Under the pieces are notes generated by a model, which worked only from the letters and a program-made list of their open reading frames with translations, was not told the origin of the DNA and made no database searches. Of a DNA stretch of 64,000 nt, positions 1-11,006 are shown piece by piece (the stretch's first letter is position 1; every line of letters begins with the position of its first letter). Location of the stretch: contig JAUPSS010000007.1 of NCBI GenBank assembly GCA_040285825.1, positions 2,578,689 through 2,642,688 of the forward strand, given 5' to 3'. Position numbers and translations under genes: made by a program. Source of the stretch: Eukaryota sp. TZLM1-RC. Its lineage: Eukaryota; Protista; Metamonada: BaSk clade.

Positions 1-928
1 TTTACTTGATGTTGATGTCTGTAAAATACCATCTGATCCTGAAGTTGCCAAATCCAAATACCCCAAGTCAGTTAGCTTGAAATGTCTGATGCCAAGTGGT
101 GTTGCCTGTCCTATACCATCGTACAATCCTGAATCTCAAAGAGTATCTGTTAAAACGTTATCAGCACTGTTTGTTTTGGAACGATTTGTTTTAAAGGATT
201 CTATTTTTAGAAAGGAATATCTTGGAGCAATTCAAATTCGTGCTCAGTTGGCTGTGATTAATTCAACATTATCTCAGTTGCCCAATGTTTTGGCTTCCCT
301 TCCTCCCTCTTTGATGAATGTGAAATTCATACCCAAGCTTACCAAATGGTCCTTTAAAGGCGACAAAGCTTCATTTAAAATTCGTGTGGATCAGGCTGAA
401 AGAATACAGAATCAATTGCGAGAGGCTAACTGTGCCAGTTTGGTGTCGTTTGAATCTGTTCATCCGAGTTTCCAACCATCAAGTACTGATTTTCTTCAAG
501 TTCACTGCAAGTACTTACTTAATCGGTTCTCTGATTTCTGTACCTCGTACAGTGGTGGAAAATTTGAGAACATTCCGCTTATACTGGAAAATCATGTTCT
601 TCCTCCCGATTCCAAAGTTCAACCTTATCATAGAGTAGGCTTAAATAAGACCAATTTCCTTCGCTGCTGTAAAGCTTGTGTACCTGTTTTTTATGATGTT
701 CACCAATGGGATTGTAGTCATCAATTTGGCCCTTTGGTTCCACTGTTTACGCAGGTTTTGAAGAAGCTGGGCATGGTCTATTCTGCAGTATACGACGAAG
801 AAATTCCGTTCATGAAACGGAAAAGTAACGCAAAGAAGTATCTTCTCTATCTCCTGCACCATGATCTTTTCAATGAAAAGGTACAGCCAGCGAATCTGAA
901 GCTTATCTGGGAGCAACAATTCAACTAA
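1..928 (+). CDS. 3' part of multicopy tandem 3'-5' exonuclease-domain protein (copy 1; runs off the window start)
   Basis: Nearly identical in DNA and protein to the C-terminal part of 53767..56759; shared 3' UTR continues to ~1010. Confidence 0.85.
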   Translation, partial: LLDVDVCKIPSDPEVAKSKYPKSVSLKCLMPSGVACPIPSYNPESQRVSVKTLSALFVLERFVLKDSIFRKEYLGAIQIRAQLAVINSTLSQLPNVLASLPPSLMNVKFIPKLTKWSFKGDKASFKIRVDQAERIQNQLREANCASLVSFESVHPSFQPSSTDFLQVHCKYLLNRFSDFCTSYSGGKFENIPLILENHVLPPDSKVQPYHRVGLNKTNFLRCCKACVPVFYDVHQWDCSHQFGPLVPLFTQVLKKLGMVYSAVYDEEIPFMKRKSNAKKYLLYLLHHDLFNEKVQPANLKLIWEQQFN

Positions 929-1034
929 CTCAATACGTGTGCTTTAAATTTACAACTGTCAATTGTTTTGTTTTTGTTATAATTGTATGAATTTTTATTT
1001 GAATAGAGAATTATATATATTATATATGATATAA

Positions 1035-1064
1035 GCATATTATATAAACCTTAGGGCGCCAACA
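1035..1064 (-). repeat. Remnant of the 5' end of an LTR related to the 27048..28408 element
   Basis: Reverse complement of 1049-1064 is TGTTGGCGCCCTAAGG, identical to the first 16 nt of the 92-bp LTR; similarity continues with mismatches (TTTATATAATATG vs CTTATATGTTATG). Confidence 0.7.
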
Positions 1065-1088
1065 CCTGTACATATTCGTCATACAGAT

Positions 1089-1696
1089 TTGAATTGTAAA
1101 TGTGCACAATTTGCTATTTTGCACCAAATTTGTAATTGTTGCAGTTTTGGAAAATTTCGCGATGTCCCTCACATTCGAATGAGACATACTTTGTGGTCGA
1201 TGTGTAGTAATTCAGGTGTAAGTTCAGAAATTGAAGTAACGTTGAAATCATTGTGCCCAGACATTGCCACTCATGACACCATGGATGTTGTTTCTTCGTT
1301 TAGAGGCAATGTCAAATTACTAATTGATGTTAAAACAGTTGACTTAAATAATAATACAAACTGTGGGCATCAAGATGTGGTGGAAATATTAGCTGTAAAC
1401 GAGTTAATCAAGCATAATCATTTTGATCCTTCAGTACCCAAAATCAATAAGTTTCCAAAATCTAAACGAAGCAAACTGTGTTATTCAATAATTTCGCAAT
1501 TTTTTTGAATGGACGATTAGGACCTGAGGCAACCTTGTTGTTGGATGAATTTAATGATTTCATCATCATTAAAAAACGCCTCCATTTAGGTAAAATTTCT
1601 GGACCAATCGAATTGTGTTCAGTTTGTACAAAGGTCTTGGTAAAATGGTTGAGGCTGTGGAACTTGCTCACGCTCAAAGAGTGTTTCACAATGTAG
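1089..1696 (+). mobile_element. Decayed C-terminal fragment of an RLE-type non-LTR retrotransposon
   Basis: CxC...HxxxC zinc motif, H..R, MD...IDVKTVD and E..K motifs as in the other RLE copies here; frameshifted. Confidence 0.6.
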
Positions 1697-2033
1697 GTGG
1701 AGATTCCTCTCCATTGAGGAAGTAATTAGTTGTTGTTGAAAGTGCATAATTTTCTTCCCTTATAAATAATAATTTTTGGAACAGTCCAGAAGTGCTTGTA
1801 ATTTTGAAACACAAGCACTCAACATATTGCGAAACGAAAAAAGAAAATTACAATTTAATAACTCAATAACACTATCTCAAGATCTGTAAAACTAAACACG
1901 ATCACATCCTAATTGATTAAAGAAAAACCGTGAATAATGAAAGTTGGAATTTATTGAAGCAATAAATGACCTGTGCACGTGTACCGAAAAACAGGAACAA
2001 ATTTTTTAATCAATTGTGGCCTCCCGGATCGAG

Positions 2034-3143
2034 TTATACTCTAGACAGACTCCTTGCTGCCCCACTTAAAGGATTTTCGGTAGTTTGGAACTGAGAAACT
2101 GTGCTCTGGGAAGGTACAGTCGTTGACTTTGTTACTTTTTGATCTGACAACCTGAATGCTGACATTGATGCAGGGGTACTTCCTCCGAAACCCATCACAC
2201 TCTCAGCGGCACGAGATGAACCATTTGAGTTGTATTGACGCCGTATAAGGGGAAGAATTGATATATAACCAATGTATGCAGAAATTGCAATAATGGAAAT
2301 TGATAAAATTGCTTGAAAAACACAAATTGTTGTGACATATATAAATGATGATAGAATTAAAAACAAAACCAACAAAACTCCACAAACAAGTGCGGATAAC
2401 TGCAGATTTTGGAGTATACGGTTTTTGGACGGTAACAAGTAATAATTGAAATACAATAGAACAGACTGAAAAGTTAAAGCCAACCCAACAAGCCACACAA
2501 TCCTTCCACATAAAGAAGTGGGCGTTGGAAAGTAGTCGCAATATTCATCAGCAATTTGTGGCAAGACTCGACTTAGTTCAGAGTAATCAGAGACAGAAAG
2601 GTAATGGTCATCTGTGTCTGCTATAAATTTAAGGTTCTCCTGGTGTTGTTGCTGACCAACTCCAATGGTGTAGACATTTACATTATTGTCATGAAGTTCA
2701 GTGACAATGTCGTAGAATTCATTAATATCATCCTGACCATCCGTTACGAGAATGACTACCTGGTCGTTGGATTCGCCAAACTTGAATCGCGAGTTTTCAA
2801 GAAGTTCATCCCGAGCAGATAAGAGACCCTCCTTGATTTCAGTGACTGCGAGAAGAGGTAGCATGTTGGAGATCGTATTCCTTAGTACACAGCGTGTTCC
2901 AGTAAGACAGACTTCACGTTGCGCACCAAGTGAGAATTGATGTATAGACAGATGAATACCATTGTCAGAGACAGATAAAAAGTCAACAGAGTCACTGAGA
3001 AAATCTTGGATTTGATCCCAGGAATCTTCAACTGAAAGAGAAGAATCAACTACTAGTACAATGTCAACAGCATTATCACAAACAAGAGCAAAAGAAAGAG
3101 AAAAGAAGAGTGAAAGCACAAGAAGTGTCCAGGGTCTGGTCAT
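2034..3143 (-). CDS. von Willebrand factor A (vWA) domain membrane protein
   Basis: Signal peptide after MTRPW, MIDAS motif DIVLVVDSSLS, VILVTDG, YTIGVG, then about 3 TM helices. Confidence 0.85.
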   Translation of the reverse strand: MTRPWTLLVLSLFFSLSFALVCDNAVDIVLVVDSSLSVEDSWDQIQDFLSDSVDFLSVSDNGIHLSIHQFSLGAQREVCLTGTRCVLRNTISNMLPLLAVTEIKEGLLSARDELLENSRFKFGESNDQVVILVTDGQDDINEFYDIVTELHDNNVNVYTIGVGQQQHQENLKFIADTDDHYLSVSDYSELSRVLPQIADEYCDYFPTPTSLCGRIVWLVGLALTFQSVLLYFNYYLLPSKNRILQNLQLSALVCGVLLVLFLILSSFIYVTTICVFQAILSISIIAISAYIGYISILPLIRRQYNSNGSSRAAESVMGFGGSTPASMSAFRLSDQKVTKSTTVPSQSTVSQFQTTENPLSGAARSLSRV

Positions 3144-3183
3144 ATTACAGATAAGGTTTGAAGCTGAGAATTTCACTCGGTGT

Positions 3184-3289
3184 GGATATTGAATAAATAT
3201 CCCCTAATAATTGCCCAATAATTGTGTAACTTCTCAGCACCAAGGGTTAGTATACACTAAACACCTTGGAAATACGTTGATTAAAACAG
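3184..3289 (-). ncRNA. Candidate Fanzor omega-RNA scaffold
   Basis: Directly downstream of the Fanzor stop: hairpin 3240-3269 (CCAAGG/CCTTGG plus TTAGT/ACTAA) and hairpin 3184-3202 (GGATATT/AATATCC). Confidence 0.4.
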
Positions 3290-4715
3290 CTACTGCTGTC
3301 TCCTTAGACGTCTCACACGCCTTGGCCTTCTGAATGGTTTAGGCCTAGTACCAGTGAAATACTCACTAATTGCAATCTCCAGCTGGTTTCTGGAGGCTGA
3401 GATGTCCCTAGACCAGTTGGTCTGACATCGAGGGCAATCGAACTTAGCGTTATTTACCCTTCCGTCATCATGATAGATCTTTCTATGAAAGACCTTACAG
3501 CAATTCAGTTTTGCTGAGGTCATAAACTCGTCCCCGACTTTGAGGCTTTCAAAGTGTTTTTTGATTTGTTTGAGAAATCTCTTTTGGGGGGATTTCACAG
3601 ATGGACCACCACCGCCATTGCCGAACCAAACAATAGTGTTTCTTCCTTCAGACAAGCGTTTAATTTTGTTAGTAAAACTAGTTATTCTCTTTTGCCTTCG
3701 TATGAAGAAATCAAACTTATTTCTTCTCAACTTTTTTCTTACACCACGCTGTAAATTTCCAGACATAATTGAAGCATATTCAGGCTCTTCCTCAGATTCA
3801 GGAACATAAGGTAAACTTATTTCAATCAGATACTCTTGGACGCTCTGAGCGGAATAAGTGTTAGGAGTTGCTTGAGTGAGAGGAGGAGGGTGATTTAGTC
3901 TTCGTTCTTTTGGATTCAGTAGCAGTCCAGAATGTTCAAAAACAGGTGCAGAATTTCGGAAAGAACCAGCAGTCCACAAAGATTGCTACAAAAAACAAAT
4001 TTTCATCAGGATCTCTGTAATTGGGTTGTTATTCCACTGGTAACCGCGGTCTTCTCTGTGGATTTGCTGTGCTATGGACATTGGATTTTCGTTTTGGATT
4101 TCCACCAATATATGCGTTGGCTGTTATATTGAGCCAATGGATCAAGATATGCTTGTGTATTTCTTGGTACAATTGTAAAATTGACTCATCTGGATGAATC
4201 CCTTGAAGTACACATTCGGCGTACTTCTTGGGGCAGGGGCAATTTAGAAACTGAGCACATCTCTTGAAAAAATTGCGTTTCTAGACAAAAGGGTCGTCAG
4301 CAAACAACTGACAAAAAACTTCTCACAGTGGGATGGCTCGACTGCCAAGAAGAGTGGAAATACACCAAGATCTCCCATCGTTGGCTGAGGTGGTTTCATT
4401 CAGCGGTCGCCAAGGCCAAAAGTGCCGAACAAGGTGTTGCAGCGCTTGGTAAACCAAAGGATGGTTCTCAAATGGCCTCCTTTGTTTAGGCTCACGTTGG
4501 CAAACAAAGTCGAAACAGAGGCTCCAGAACTGGCTTTGAGTAAGCCACATAGAGTGTTCTGGGTATTGGAGCACAAAGAGTCGTGATGGGTGAGTAGCAT
4601 GAGCTCCGATACTAGTAAGAACTTGGAACTGGCGTTCCATAGCTTCTTGTGCCTCTGAGTCGAAGAACTGGTTGACAGACGCTCCTACAGCTGTAGTTTG
4701 TAGAACTTTATCCAT
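3290..4715 (-). pseudogene. Fanzor (eukaryotic TnpB/OMEGA RuvC nuclease), decayed
   Basis: C-terminal ORF carries IVWFGNG, RuvC-II DEFMTS, Zn finger C..C/CPRC, RuvC-III WSRDISASRN and terminal G.RP..F.R. N-terminal ORF 4323-4715 resembles a Fanzor1 N-terminus. The middle has stops and frameshifts. Confidence 0.8.
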
Positions 4716-4964
4716 GGCAGTCAACACAGAACGGACACAGTGAGAAATGATTGAAAATTTGTTTCCTAAAATTGAAAATTAGTTGAAGTCAATCAATCTT
4801 AAAGTTGTCAATTCAAAGTTAAGTTAGTTACAAGTGTTTATTAATGATACATATCGTTCAAGATTACTTTCTGACCATTTTCCTTTCTTCAGACAAGAAC
4901 TAATGTTACAAAAGTTGGTGAGTGGAGTTTGGTTGGGTTGTCATCATTCCCCAGATTATATCGT

Positions 4965-5580
4965 ATTTATTGAATTTGCACACTTGATTAAATTAAATCA
5001 TAACTAATGGGACGACTATCATTAAACCAAGATTTCCTCTACAAAATCTTGATTTGCTTGCTGTCTAGCTTAAGCTTCTCTAATTCGATTGAAAGACCGA
5101 GGTAATCTATTAATAATGGCAAATTGAATCCGTGAACGCCATAAAAAAATATCAAATCTTTTCATTGTTTTTTCTTTCACCATTTTTTGGAAGTCATCCA
5201 AAAAAGTTTCTGCTTCATCTGATAATCTTCCATTTATCGAAAATGGGAAAGCAATAAAAACCAGCTGTGTATTTCTATCGACATTTGCATCTTCAATTTC
5301 TTTATCATATTTTCTATGTTTTTCTTTTGCTTTAAAATCCAGAGCAGCCACAGGATTAAGTTTTCTTCTGTGAACCAAAGTATCGTTTGCAACATTACAT
5401 GAGACAATGTCAACAATAGCTTCAGAATTATCAATCCAATCACAGTATACATCACCTCTATCATCAGAACCAAAATTATTCAGAGAAAGTGTTTCCTTCA
5501 GCAGGGGCTCTTTGATACACGATATCCTTGCAGTTTGTGCCATATTGAAAACAGTGTCTCTAACAGCATCATGTAATGAA
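4965..5580 (-). mobile_element. 5'-truncated RLE non-LTR retrotransposon, family B
   Basis: HDAVRD..KEPL..RGDVY..IVDIV..KEKHRKY..FPFSING; 3' UTR ending in AATAAA shared with five other copies. Confidence 0.85.
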
Positions 5581-5971
5581 AGAATTGAATCTGAAGGTAA
5601 ATCAATTAAAAAAATTAGGCTGTTGGGAACCACCGTTTGGATACATACCTGTTCCAAAACAATCAACGTCACTTGTTCTGCACTTGTACTTGCAAGATTG
5701 ATGTGACATTACAATTGTGTGACCTTAGGACGACATATTCAACCAAAATAAATGGCATATACAAATGTAATCGCTGAATTAAAATTCCTTTATTAGTAAG
5801 CTCTCAGCCGAGAAAATATTCAAACCAATTAGAACGTGACAGTATGTTATAATTTTAAAAAATTTCCACAAATATAAACAAAAAACCATTCGTCAACATG
5901 ATTAAATTCAAATCACATAATTACAAAACAGTAATCAAAACTTTGAATTAATCAGCCCAAAGTCAAAAATC

Positions 5972-6475
5972 CTAAATATCCAGATTGTCCAAAAGTGAGT
6001 GTTTGAAAGGTACCTCTATTAGTGCAAGTTCGGGCTTTAAAAGTGGAGGAAGTGTCGAACTGGTGTTAAGACGCTGAGTTATGCCTTCCAGCATTGAGGA
6101 GAAGTCAATTGCGCGATTGAAGAGGTGAGGCAGTTGTTGGGATGGTGGTATGGACGAAATAGTTTGTGAAAATTGTTGATTGGCGGTATTTAATTCATTT
6201 GTGGCGGTGACGTCAACATAAGTAGAAAGGGATTGGGGTAACTGCATATCAGTAAGATCCAGTGATTCTGGTCGAGGTAGAAGTAGAAATTGTTGAAAAA
6301 GATGACTCCAGCTGTCAATCTGTTGTTTAAGAGATGACATGCGTCCAGCTAAGACCGATAATTGTTCAAGGCATTGAGGGAATGGACGGTTCAGATCGAA
6401 TGCATATAAAGAGTCTCGGAGATCATCTGCCTTAGATTTTATAGTAGAAAGAGCATCCTGTAACTCTTCTGACAT
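5972..6475 (-). CDS. Mediator subunit MED8-like protein
   Basis: N-terminal helical pattern (DLRDSL..F...L.QLSVL), FLLLP and LPQSLST resemble MED8; size fits. Confidence 0.5.
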   Translation of the reverse strand: MSEELQDALSTIKSKADDLRDSLYAFDLNRPFPQCLEQLSVLAGRMSSLKQQIDSWSHLFQQFLLLPRPESLDLTDMQLPQSLSTYVDVTATNELNTANQQFSQTISSIPPSQQLPHLFNRAIDFSSMLEGITQRLNTSSTLPPLLKPELALIEVPFKHSLLDNLDI

Positions 6476-6530
6476 GAAGAACACAAATTAAAGAAGGTGC
6501 AAATGAAGAAAAGTATCTACTGTTTCTTTG

Positions 6531-7072
6531 ATTTATTGAATTTGCACACTTAATTAAATTAACTCAATACTAATGGGACGACTATCATTGAACCAAGATT
6601 TCCTCTACAAAATTTTGATCTGCTTGCTGTCTAGCTAAAGCTTCTCTTATTCTATTGAAAAACCGTGGTAATCTATTAATAATGGCAAATTGAATCCGTG
6701 AACGCCATAAAAATATATCAAATCTTCTTATTGTTTTTTCTTGCACCATTTTTTTGGAAGTCATTCAAAAAAGTTTCTGCTTCAACTGATAATCTGCCAT
6801 TTATCGAAAATGGGAAAGCAATAAAAACTAGCTGTGTATTTCTATCGACATTACCCTCTTCAATATCTTTATCATATTTTCTATGTTTCTCTTTTGCTTT
6901 AAAATCCAGAGCAGCCACAGGATTAAGTTTTCTTCTGTGAACCAAAGTATCGTTTGCAACATTACATGAGACAAAGTCAACAATAGCTTCAGAATTATCA
7001 ATCCAATCACAGTATACATCACCTCTATCATCAGAGCTAAAGTTATTCAGAGAAAGTGTTTCCTTCAGCAGA
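6531..7072 (-). mobile_element. 5'-truncated RLE non-LTR retrotransposon, family B
   Basis: Near-identical to 4965..5510, same 3' end. Confidence 0.85.
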
Positions 7073-8743
7073 GGCCAAAAAATCTCAATTTGACAGAAAC
7101 GAATTCAAGACTCTGATTTTTCCTACTGTTTTGTATGTCTACTATCTAGATAATGTTCCACCGGTAATGTTAACTCACAAATCAGGACTGTCTTCCTAGA
7201 TCCATCCATATTTTTTGAGATAGGAATTGGACCACTTAACTTAGTCACAACTAAATGAAAATCTACATAATGATTTGTGTGATAAGGTTAATCTGATGCT
7301 GTAAGGTGAGACATTTATACAGATAAGGAATAAGATGTTTATTGAATTTCACTGGTCCTTATAAAGGCCATCACTAGTGCAGCATCCATCTTTGATAATA
7401 AATGTACTAGAACTATTTGTCCACAGTACAACAAATCACAGTAAATTCTTTATGATCTAGGCAGGTAGAGGTGAACAAAACTATTTAAAATTGAATCATC
7501 TCCCCATTTAGGTCTACTTTGTTTTTCAAAAATTGAATTACTTGGACAACTGAAAACAATGTGACACAATATGGCAGATAGATTGACTCAATGAACACAC
7601 AGGGGACAATAGATCCATGAGGCAATTTCCCAAAATTTTCCATCAATAAAGGCTATCAGCAGTAGGTAATACACTCAAGGAAAAATTATTGCACTTGATG
7701 ATTCTAGCAAGGTAGATCAACACGAACAGCCAATGATGATCAGCATTCATATTTTCCGAGTTTAATATGACATTGTTAATTTAAGATTGAACTCTACACT
7801 CTCTGAATGTATGGATTCTTCTTTGATTCTCGTTTTTTTTAATTTTGGAAATAATTTTCGTACGATTTTCGGTATTTGTTAATCAATTTCTTTCTTCAAC
7901 CAGTAGAGAATATTTCTCCAACTGATCCATTGGATTATGTATTGGATTATTGTTTTCAGAGACCGCAATAGGACAAACATCCATTTTAGAACAATTACTG
8001 TTGTAAGAGGTGAAGTATAGAAAGAAAATATTATTCCCAAAATTATTGATTACTCATTAAACTTGGGTGACAACGATCACACAACTAAATCTACAGCAGA
8101 ATGGGAAGCAACTGTATCCCAAATTCAATTCCAAAAATTGAAGATTTGACACATTAGTAGAGTATTTTTAACAATTTTTTTGTAAATACTATATTTTATG
8201 GAGGCTATCATGAATAATTATTGAAAAAATTGAGATGATGAAACTGATATCAAAGATTCAAATCAGTAGATCCCAGCCAAGTTGTTACTGAGATTGGAAA
8301 TTGGGAACAACAATTTTTTTGAGATTTAAAGAACCTAACAAAGGAAAACGGTTGAGCATTAATCTTTTAAATTGATGAATTTCGAATCAGGAGTTGATGT
8401 TTCAATTGGAAGAAAGCGGAGAAAACAGTTGAAGTATTCCGATGGCATAGAAGTAAAAGGCCTTGAAAAAGACCTGAGATTATTGTAAACCACAGCCTGA
8501 TCATGTGTAAATCATCCGAAAGTTTGTGGAATTGAGACCAAAATGCTTCATCAAAAGCGCTGGGAGTGATGGATACCCGTAATAATGGTGGAGATTGATC
8601 AGTATTCCTACAGAGATCCACGGTTGCTGAAGGTTTTAAAAAGCACAAATAATTGAGAAAATCTTCCACTTTCCAGAAGCTGAATTACTCAACATTGGTG
8701 TAAAAGGACACTTATTCCATTGTTATAGACAATATCTGCAATA

Positions 8744-10126
8744 ATGACTTCTTCTCGAGGAGATTCTCCTCCTTGTTTAGATGACTTTGAGGACTCTTTT
8801 GACAGCATTTCAATACGTAAACTTCAACGTGAGCTTGCTGAAAAGGACAGCACAATTTCACAACTTGAGCTTGAGATTGAAGCTTTGCTGACAAATCACC
8901 ATGAAAGTTCAGTCACCTCCAAAGTGGCAGACCTGATTAAACGTAATCGTTCTCTTCAACTAGCTCTTGAACAGGAGAGGAATGCACATAAACTAACCCA
9001 ATCCCAAGCCACCAAACCCTCCCCTCCCTCTTCAGCTCCCTCTTCTTCTAATGATAACTCAACAATGCAAGTACGAAGAGACTTTCAGGCTAAGATGAAC
9101 CGTGCACTGAGTAAAATTGGAGACTTAACCACACAATTGGAAAAACAAAAATCTGAAAACATCAAACTTGTTAAAATATTATCAAGAGAATTGGGTGATG
9201 TGTCACTTGATTCATTACTCAATGATGAAAGACCTACTTGGAAAGGAAGAGCCCAAACGATAATGTCCCTCAAGCACCAAATCATGAATTTGAAGCAAAA
9301 GTTGGGTGATGAAGAAGATAACCCTAACCCTAACCCTAACTCTAACCCTAATAGAAATAGGGAACTTGAGGTTTATGCTAAAGTGAGGGAAAAGGTAAAA
9401 AAGGAAGTTGAACAAGAAATGGAGTCATTAACTTGTAATTATAATCAAGAACGTCATCGATTGAAGGCAACTCTAGCAAGAGTTTCTGTTTTAGAAAAGG
9501 AACTTGCCGATTTGAAGGGTCATTTACAGCAAGTAGTGACGAAAACTAAGAACGACAATCGTTATATACAAGCTCTAAAAAAGGAAATAAGCAAACAATC
9601 AAAATTGATTGGTGATGAGGGTCATTCTGATTTGATTAACGAGCTGGAATCAACTAAAGAAAGGTTATCTATTATGGAAAAGAAATACGGAACTCTCACC
9701 AAGGAACTCGAGGTGACACGTGTCACTGCCACGTCACAGTCCACAGAAGTCTTGGAGCGTGAATTGACTTCTTTAAATAAACTCTGTGATGATTTAAGGA
9801 ATAGATTAGTTGGTGCAGAAAAAGATAAGGCAGATGCTCTCTATGAGTTAAGAAAGTTGGTTGTTCAGCATGGAATTGAGGGTGCAATTGATGGTGTTGG
9901 GGATGATGAATATGATTTCGAAAGGAGTACTTCTAACTCTGTTTTATTGGAAAAAAGGCTTGGACTGTTAGAAAATGAATTAAAAATATATAAGGAAATT
10001 ATTCAAGATTTTAATGAATATTTATTAAATAATAATGATGAAAGAGATGCTCTTTATTCTAAATCAAAAACTCAGTTGATGGATTTACAAATTAAATATA
10101 ACGAATTAGTTCAGAATTATCAATAA
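8744..10126 (+). CDS. Coiled-coil protein, CCDC13-like (centriolar satellite/cilia)
   Basis: Long coiled coil with WKGRAQTI and K..NDNRYI.AL motifs typical of CCDC13. Confidence 0.65.
   Translation: MTSSRGDSPPCLDDFEDSFDSISIRKLQRELAEKDSTISQLELEIEALLTNHHESSVTSKVADLIKRNRSLQLALEQERNAHKLTQSQATKPSPPSSAPSSSNDNSTMQVRRDFQAKMNRALSKIGDLTTQLEKQKSENIKLVKILSRELGDVSLDSLLNDERPTWKGRAQTIMSLKHQIMNLKQKLGDEEDNPNPNPNSNPNRNRELEVYAKVREKVKKEVEQEMESLTCNYNQERHRLKATLARVSVLEKELADLKGHLQQVVTKTKNDNRYIQALKKEISKQSKLIGDEGHSDLINELESTKERLSIMEKKYGTLTKELEVTRVTATSQSTEVLERELTSLNKLCDDLRNRLVGAEKDKADALYELRKLVVQHGIEGAIDGVGDDEYDFERSTSNSVLLEKRLGLLENELKIYKEIIQDFNEYLLNNNDERDALYSKSKTQLMDLQIKYNELVQNYQ
9319..9351 (+). repeat. Telomere-type (TAACCC)n repeat inside a CDS
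   Basis: taaccc x3, taactc, taaccc, taa; encodes NPNPNPNSNPN. Confidence 0.8.
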
Positions 10127-10457
10127 TTATTTAATTGAAAGGTTTTGACTTATTTCTTAATAACCATTAGAAATTAACCAAATTGTAATTTTTGACCTTA
10201 AATTCAGAACAATTCTGTATATTATTATTAATTTTTCACAAAAATCTGTGGATTTTGTCGTTTTTATTTTCTTATTGTGTTTAATTTCGAATTTGTAACT
10301 GATACAAAATACTGAAATAGAAAGAATTCTCAATAATAAAGAATTTAAGACATATACTTTTCCAAATAAAATAGAAATAAATTCAAATAATATGGATAAA
10401 ACCAAAATACCAAATAAAACAACCAAAGAAATCCCTCCCTTAACCCTCCATTTCTTC

Positions 10458-11006
10458 TCAAATAATTGATTGAGATAATGATTGAAAAAAAGAAAAAGAA
10501 GTTCCATAAAGAATTTGCAATAAAGAGTGATAACCTAAGAAATAAGTACGAAGTAATATGAAAAAAGAAGAAAAATATATTAAAAAAAGACAAAACAAAA
10601 GGTGCGGTTTGGGTTCCAATCTGGATTTATAAAAGTAATGTGCAGTTAAAAGGCAGAAAACATAGAAGTAGAAATGACCAGATACTGAGTTGGGCTTGGT
10701 AGAGCAATTGAAGTCCTGCAAAATGTATCTGAGTGAACTCAAAAGGGAAAAAATGCAAAAAAATGAAGACCATGTGAATGATAGGGAAAGAATGGTCTGA
10801 TGGATTGACTTGAATGTGGAAATTAAGTAAAGTAAGGTAAATACCAGCAGCGAGGAAGAATGAGTGTAGTAGAGGGCTGATGTGAGGGTAGATTTCGAAG
10901 AGGGTCTGTCAGTGAAGCATCTGTTGATGAAATTTGGTGTTACAATTGAAGCGAATGCACTAATTAGGACAAGAAGGGAAGCTGCAATCAGTATATGTTT
11001 GGGCAT
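10458..11006 (-). CDS. Small polytopic membrane protein, PAP2/FIT-like
   Basis: Several TM helices; SGH and R.Y..GYHS..Q motifs. Confidence 0.55.
   Translation of the reverse strand: MPKHILIAASLLVLISAFASIVTPNFINRCFTDRPSSKSTLTSALYYTHSSSLLVFTLLYLISTFKSIHQTILSLSFTWSSFFCIFSLLSSLRYILQDFNCSTKPNSVSGHFYFYVFCLLTAHYFYKSRLEPKPHLLFCLFLIYFSSFFILLRTYFLGYHSLLQILYGTSFSFFQSLSQSII

Noticed and set aside
4025-4035. In-frame TAA/TAG in several broken ORFs suggesting a TAR=Gln genetic code
   Set aside because: Conserved intact genes (PEPCK, RPC40, TRM11, PI4K) have no internal TAR and end in TAA/TAG, so these stops reflect decay
7080-8330. Possible DNA-transposase remnant (DG.YK..NS...L..NV.P on the minus strand)
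   Set aside because: Too many stops and too little motif evidence to call by eye
10157-10593. Hydrophobic minus-strand ORFs of 82-116 aa
   Set aside because: AT-rich, low-complexity, and overlapping the 3' end of a better-supported gene
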